From contig CAMCMF010000002.1 of NCBI GenBank assembly GCA_945875865.1, forward strand, positions 179-64,178: a DNA stretch of 64,000 bases, written 5' to 3'. Of the stretch, positions 62,195 through 64,000 are shown piece after piece. The stretch is from Rhizobium sp. Q54 (GTDB taxonomy: Bacteria > Pseudomonadota > Alphaproteobacteria > Rickettsiales > UBA1997). Under the pieces are notes generated by a model that was not told the DNA's origin, ran no database searches, and saw nothing but the letters and a program-made list of their open reading frames with translations. The position numbers were made by a program, and so were the translations under genes. Position 1 is the stretch's first letter. Each line of letters begins with the position of its first letter.

Positions 62195-63190
62195 ATGACA
62201 TCTCAGCTGCGCGATGAAATTTGGATATTGGATGACGGCAGGCCCGGCACGATTTCACAAAGCATCGGTCTCGCTGAGGAAATCGGATTTGATTATAAAA
62301 TCATCAAGCTTGATTACAGTTTTTTTATCCTGCTACCAAATTTTTTTCTCAGTAGCTCTTTAATAAGGTTGAAAAATTCCTGCGCCAAAAAACTTCAGGA
62401 ACAAACTCACTTCCCTCGCCTAATAATTTCTGCCGGAAGACGCTGCGCTACAATCGCACTTTATCTCAAAAAAAAATCTCAGAATAAAAGCAAAGTGATT
62501 CAGATCATGAATCCGAATTTAGATTTCAAAAAATTCGATTTGGTAGTTTTGCCCAAGCATGATGGATTAAGCGAAAAGGATTTTCCTAATCTCGTTACCT
62601 CCATTGGCGCACTCACGAAAATCAACGAAAAAATTATTGCGCAAGAACAGAAAAAATTTGCTCCGTGGTTTTGCGATATCAAAAAAAATAAAATCGCTTT
62701 ATTGGTTGGTGGCTCGTCAAAGGGCGGTGAATTTGAATTAGAATCAGCAATCAAGCTGGCAAAAAATTCCTCAGAAATTGCTAAAAATATGGACGCAACT
62801 TTGCTGATTTTAAATAGTAGAAGAACTGGAGATGCTCTCACCAACGCAATAAAATCAAACCTTGATTGCGACTTCAAATTTTTTGATTGGGAAGAAATAA
62901 AAAATAATAATCCTTATTTAGCGATTCTTGGCGAGGCGGATTTTTTTGTGATTAGCGGCGATTCAGTTTCGATGATTTCAGAATGTTGCTCCACCGGAAA
63001 ACCAACTTATATTTTTGACGAGAAAAATATTTCTTCAAAAAAGCATCGCAGATTTCATCAAAATTTATTCGACGAGAATTTTGCCAGAATATTTTCAAGC
63101 GACCTTTCTCGGTTAGAAAAATTTTCTTCAAAAAGATTGCAAGAAACAAAACGCATCGCCTTAATTGTAAGCGAACAAATTCGTAGTTGA
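62195..63190 (+). CDS. ELM1/DUF1022-family protein (mitochondrial-fission-ELM1-like)
   Basis: 331 aa. WILDDGRPGTISQSIGLAEEIG, ISAGRR, LVVLPKHD, ALLVGGSSK, NSRRTG, NPYLAILGEADFFVISGDSVSMISE. Confidence 0.7.
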   Translation: MTSQLRDEIWILDDGRPGTISQSIGLAEEIGFDYKIIKLDYSFFILLPNFFLSSSLIRLKNSCAKKLQEQTHFPRLIISAGRRCATIALYLKKKSQNKSKVIQIMNPNLDFKKFDLVVLPKHDGLSEKDFPNLVTSIGALTKINEKIIAQEQKKFAPWFCDIKKNKIALLVGGSSKGGEFELESAIKLAKNSSEIAKNMDATLLILNSRRTGDALTNAIKSNLDCDFKFFDWEEIKNNNPYLAILGEADFFVISGDSVSMISECCSTGKPTYIFDEKNISSKKHRRFHQNLFDENFARIFSSDLSRLEKFSSKRLQETKRIALIVSEQIRS

Positions 63191-63285
63191 TTAACTGCTC
63201 TGCGTTTTTAGCCTAAAATATACCTAAGGGCGCCTCTAAGTCCGTTTCAAGAAACCGAACTATCAAAACTGAATTCGCTTCACCA

Positions 63286-63400
63286 AAATCACCCGACTAA
63301 ATTGCTTCGCAATTGAGCCACCCTCTTTTTCAAAGAGGATTGGAAACCTACTTTGTAAAATGAGGCGGCTGAGCCTGAATGCGCGAGGTCGGAGGATTTA
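63286..63400. repeat. Family A modular palindromic repeat, copy A4 (module order R-L)
   Basis: aaatcacccgac...gccaccctctttttcaaagagg + cctactttgtaaaatgaggcggctgagcc...gaggtcggaggattta. Confidence 0.85.
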
Positions 63401-63537
63401 AATGAGTAAATATATCAACCATAAAGGGCACCTCGAAAAATCCTAATTTTTAGAGGCACCCTAAACACTAATCTCTAGCGCATATCAAGAATTTCCTTAA
63501 ACAAATAAATCGTACTTTTTTACTAAGAGCTGGAACC

Positions 63538-64000
63538 TTGATTCTTTGTGCTGCGCTAAATTCGTCTTGTTCAGATAGTGGCTGTATCGATGCTAATGAT
63601 TTTGGTGAATATGAATCTCAAACTTTAGTCGTACTATCCAACGCTTCACAAGAAAGCTGCACTTTTGATTATTCAAAAGATCTTCTAGATACAGTTCAAG
63701 GATCGGGAATAAAGCCATGTTTAACCGCAGGCAACACTACAATTACCGATGAAGCAGGAATTACTCAATCCAATACCAATGATGGCTGCAGTGGATTTGC
63801 TAATGCAAAATTTAGAAACCTTTGCATCAATAACTGCGTACAGCTTTGCAACTCTAACTCCAGTGGAACATCAGCCAGCTCTGAGCCCACTTGGACATCT
63901 ACCGATAAAAAGAAGTCAGGGAAGAATATTGGCGTTACGATCAGACCTGGTTCACAAATCATAATTAGAGCAGTAGGTTCGGTAGTATTGGGAGATGCGG
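63538..64000 (+). CDS. Partial (3'-truncated by window) Cys-rich secreted/lipoprotein-like hypothetical protein; start uncertain
   Basis: The frame is open from 63472 to the window end. It translates ...LLRAGTLILCAALNSSCSDSGCIDANDF...CSGFANAKFRNLCINNCVQLCNS... The only canonical start in frame is TTG 63538. It is absent from the ORF track because it has no stop. Confidence 0.4.
   Translation, partial: MILCAALNSSCSDSGCIDANDFGEYESQTLVVLSNASQESCTFDYSKDLLDTVQGSGIKPCLTAGNTTITDEAGITQSNTNDGCSGFANAKFRNLCINNCVQLCNSNSSGTSASSEPTWTSTDKKKSGKNIGVTIRPGSQIIIRAVGSVVLGDA

Overview
AT-rich bacterial chromosome segment. The lineage call is inference only: the Ndk and ELM1-like sequences and the dense palindromic intergenic repeats suggest a host-associated alphaproteobacterium (Rickettsiales/Holosporales-like). 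No rRNA, CRISPR array, integrase, transposase or prophage genes were recognised.

Layout:
(i) 1-19.5 kb, housekeeping genes: ndk, a tripartite RND efflux pump (MFP-RND-OMF), hisE, erpA, glyQ, fadE, trpG-trpD, a YhcG_N/SNase fusion protein, rseP-dxr-rbfA, a secreted intradiol-dioxygenase-like protein, dcd and a KefB-like K+ efflux protein.
(ii) tRNA-Pro(UGG) at 19689-19766, followed directly by a ~37-kb, 37-ORF surface-glycan locus (19.9-56.6 kb). It encodes:
- dTDP-L-rhamnose genes (rfbB/A and rfbD/C, split);
- a dTDP-3-amino-3,6-dideoxyhexose branch (fdtA plus an aminotransferase);
- a CDP-6-deoxy/3,6-dideoxyhexose branch (rfbF/G/H-like);
- about nine glycosyltransferase-like proteins, and methyl-, acetyl- and acyl-transferases;
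- a GtrA/GtrB/GT-C module;
- three unusual modules: (a) an ACP, KAS III, SDR, GNAT, PhyH oxygenase and crotonyl-CoA carboxylase/reductase operon; (b) a NeuB-like, SDR, dehydroquinate-synthase-like and FGGY-kinase operon; (c) an AHAS/YerE-like ThDP enzyme.
(iii) 56.7-64 kb, housekeeping genes: ilvE, a secreted SNase, argC, mnmE, rlmH, coaD, an ELM1-like protein and a partial Cys-rich lipoprotein-like ORF.

Five families of structured repeats occupy most intergenic gaps. Several ORFs and N-terminal extensions in the supplied track are only translations of these repeats.
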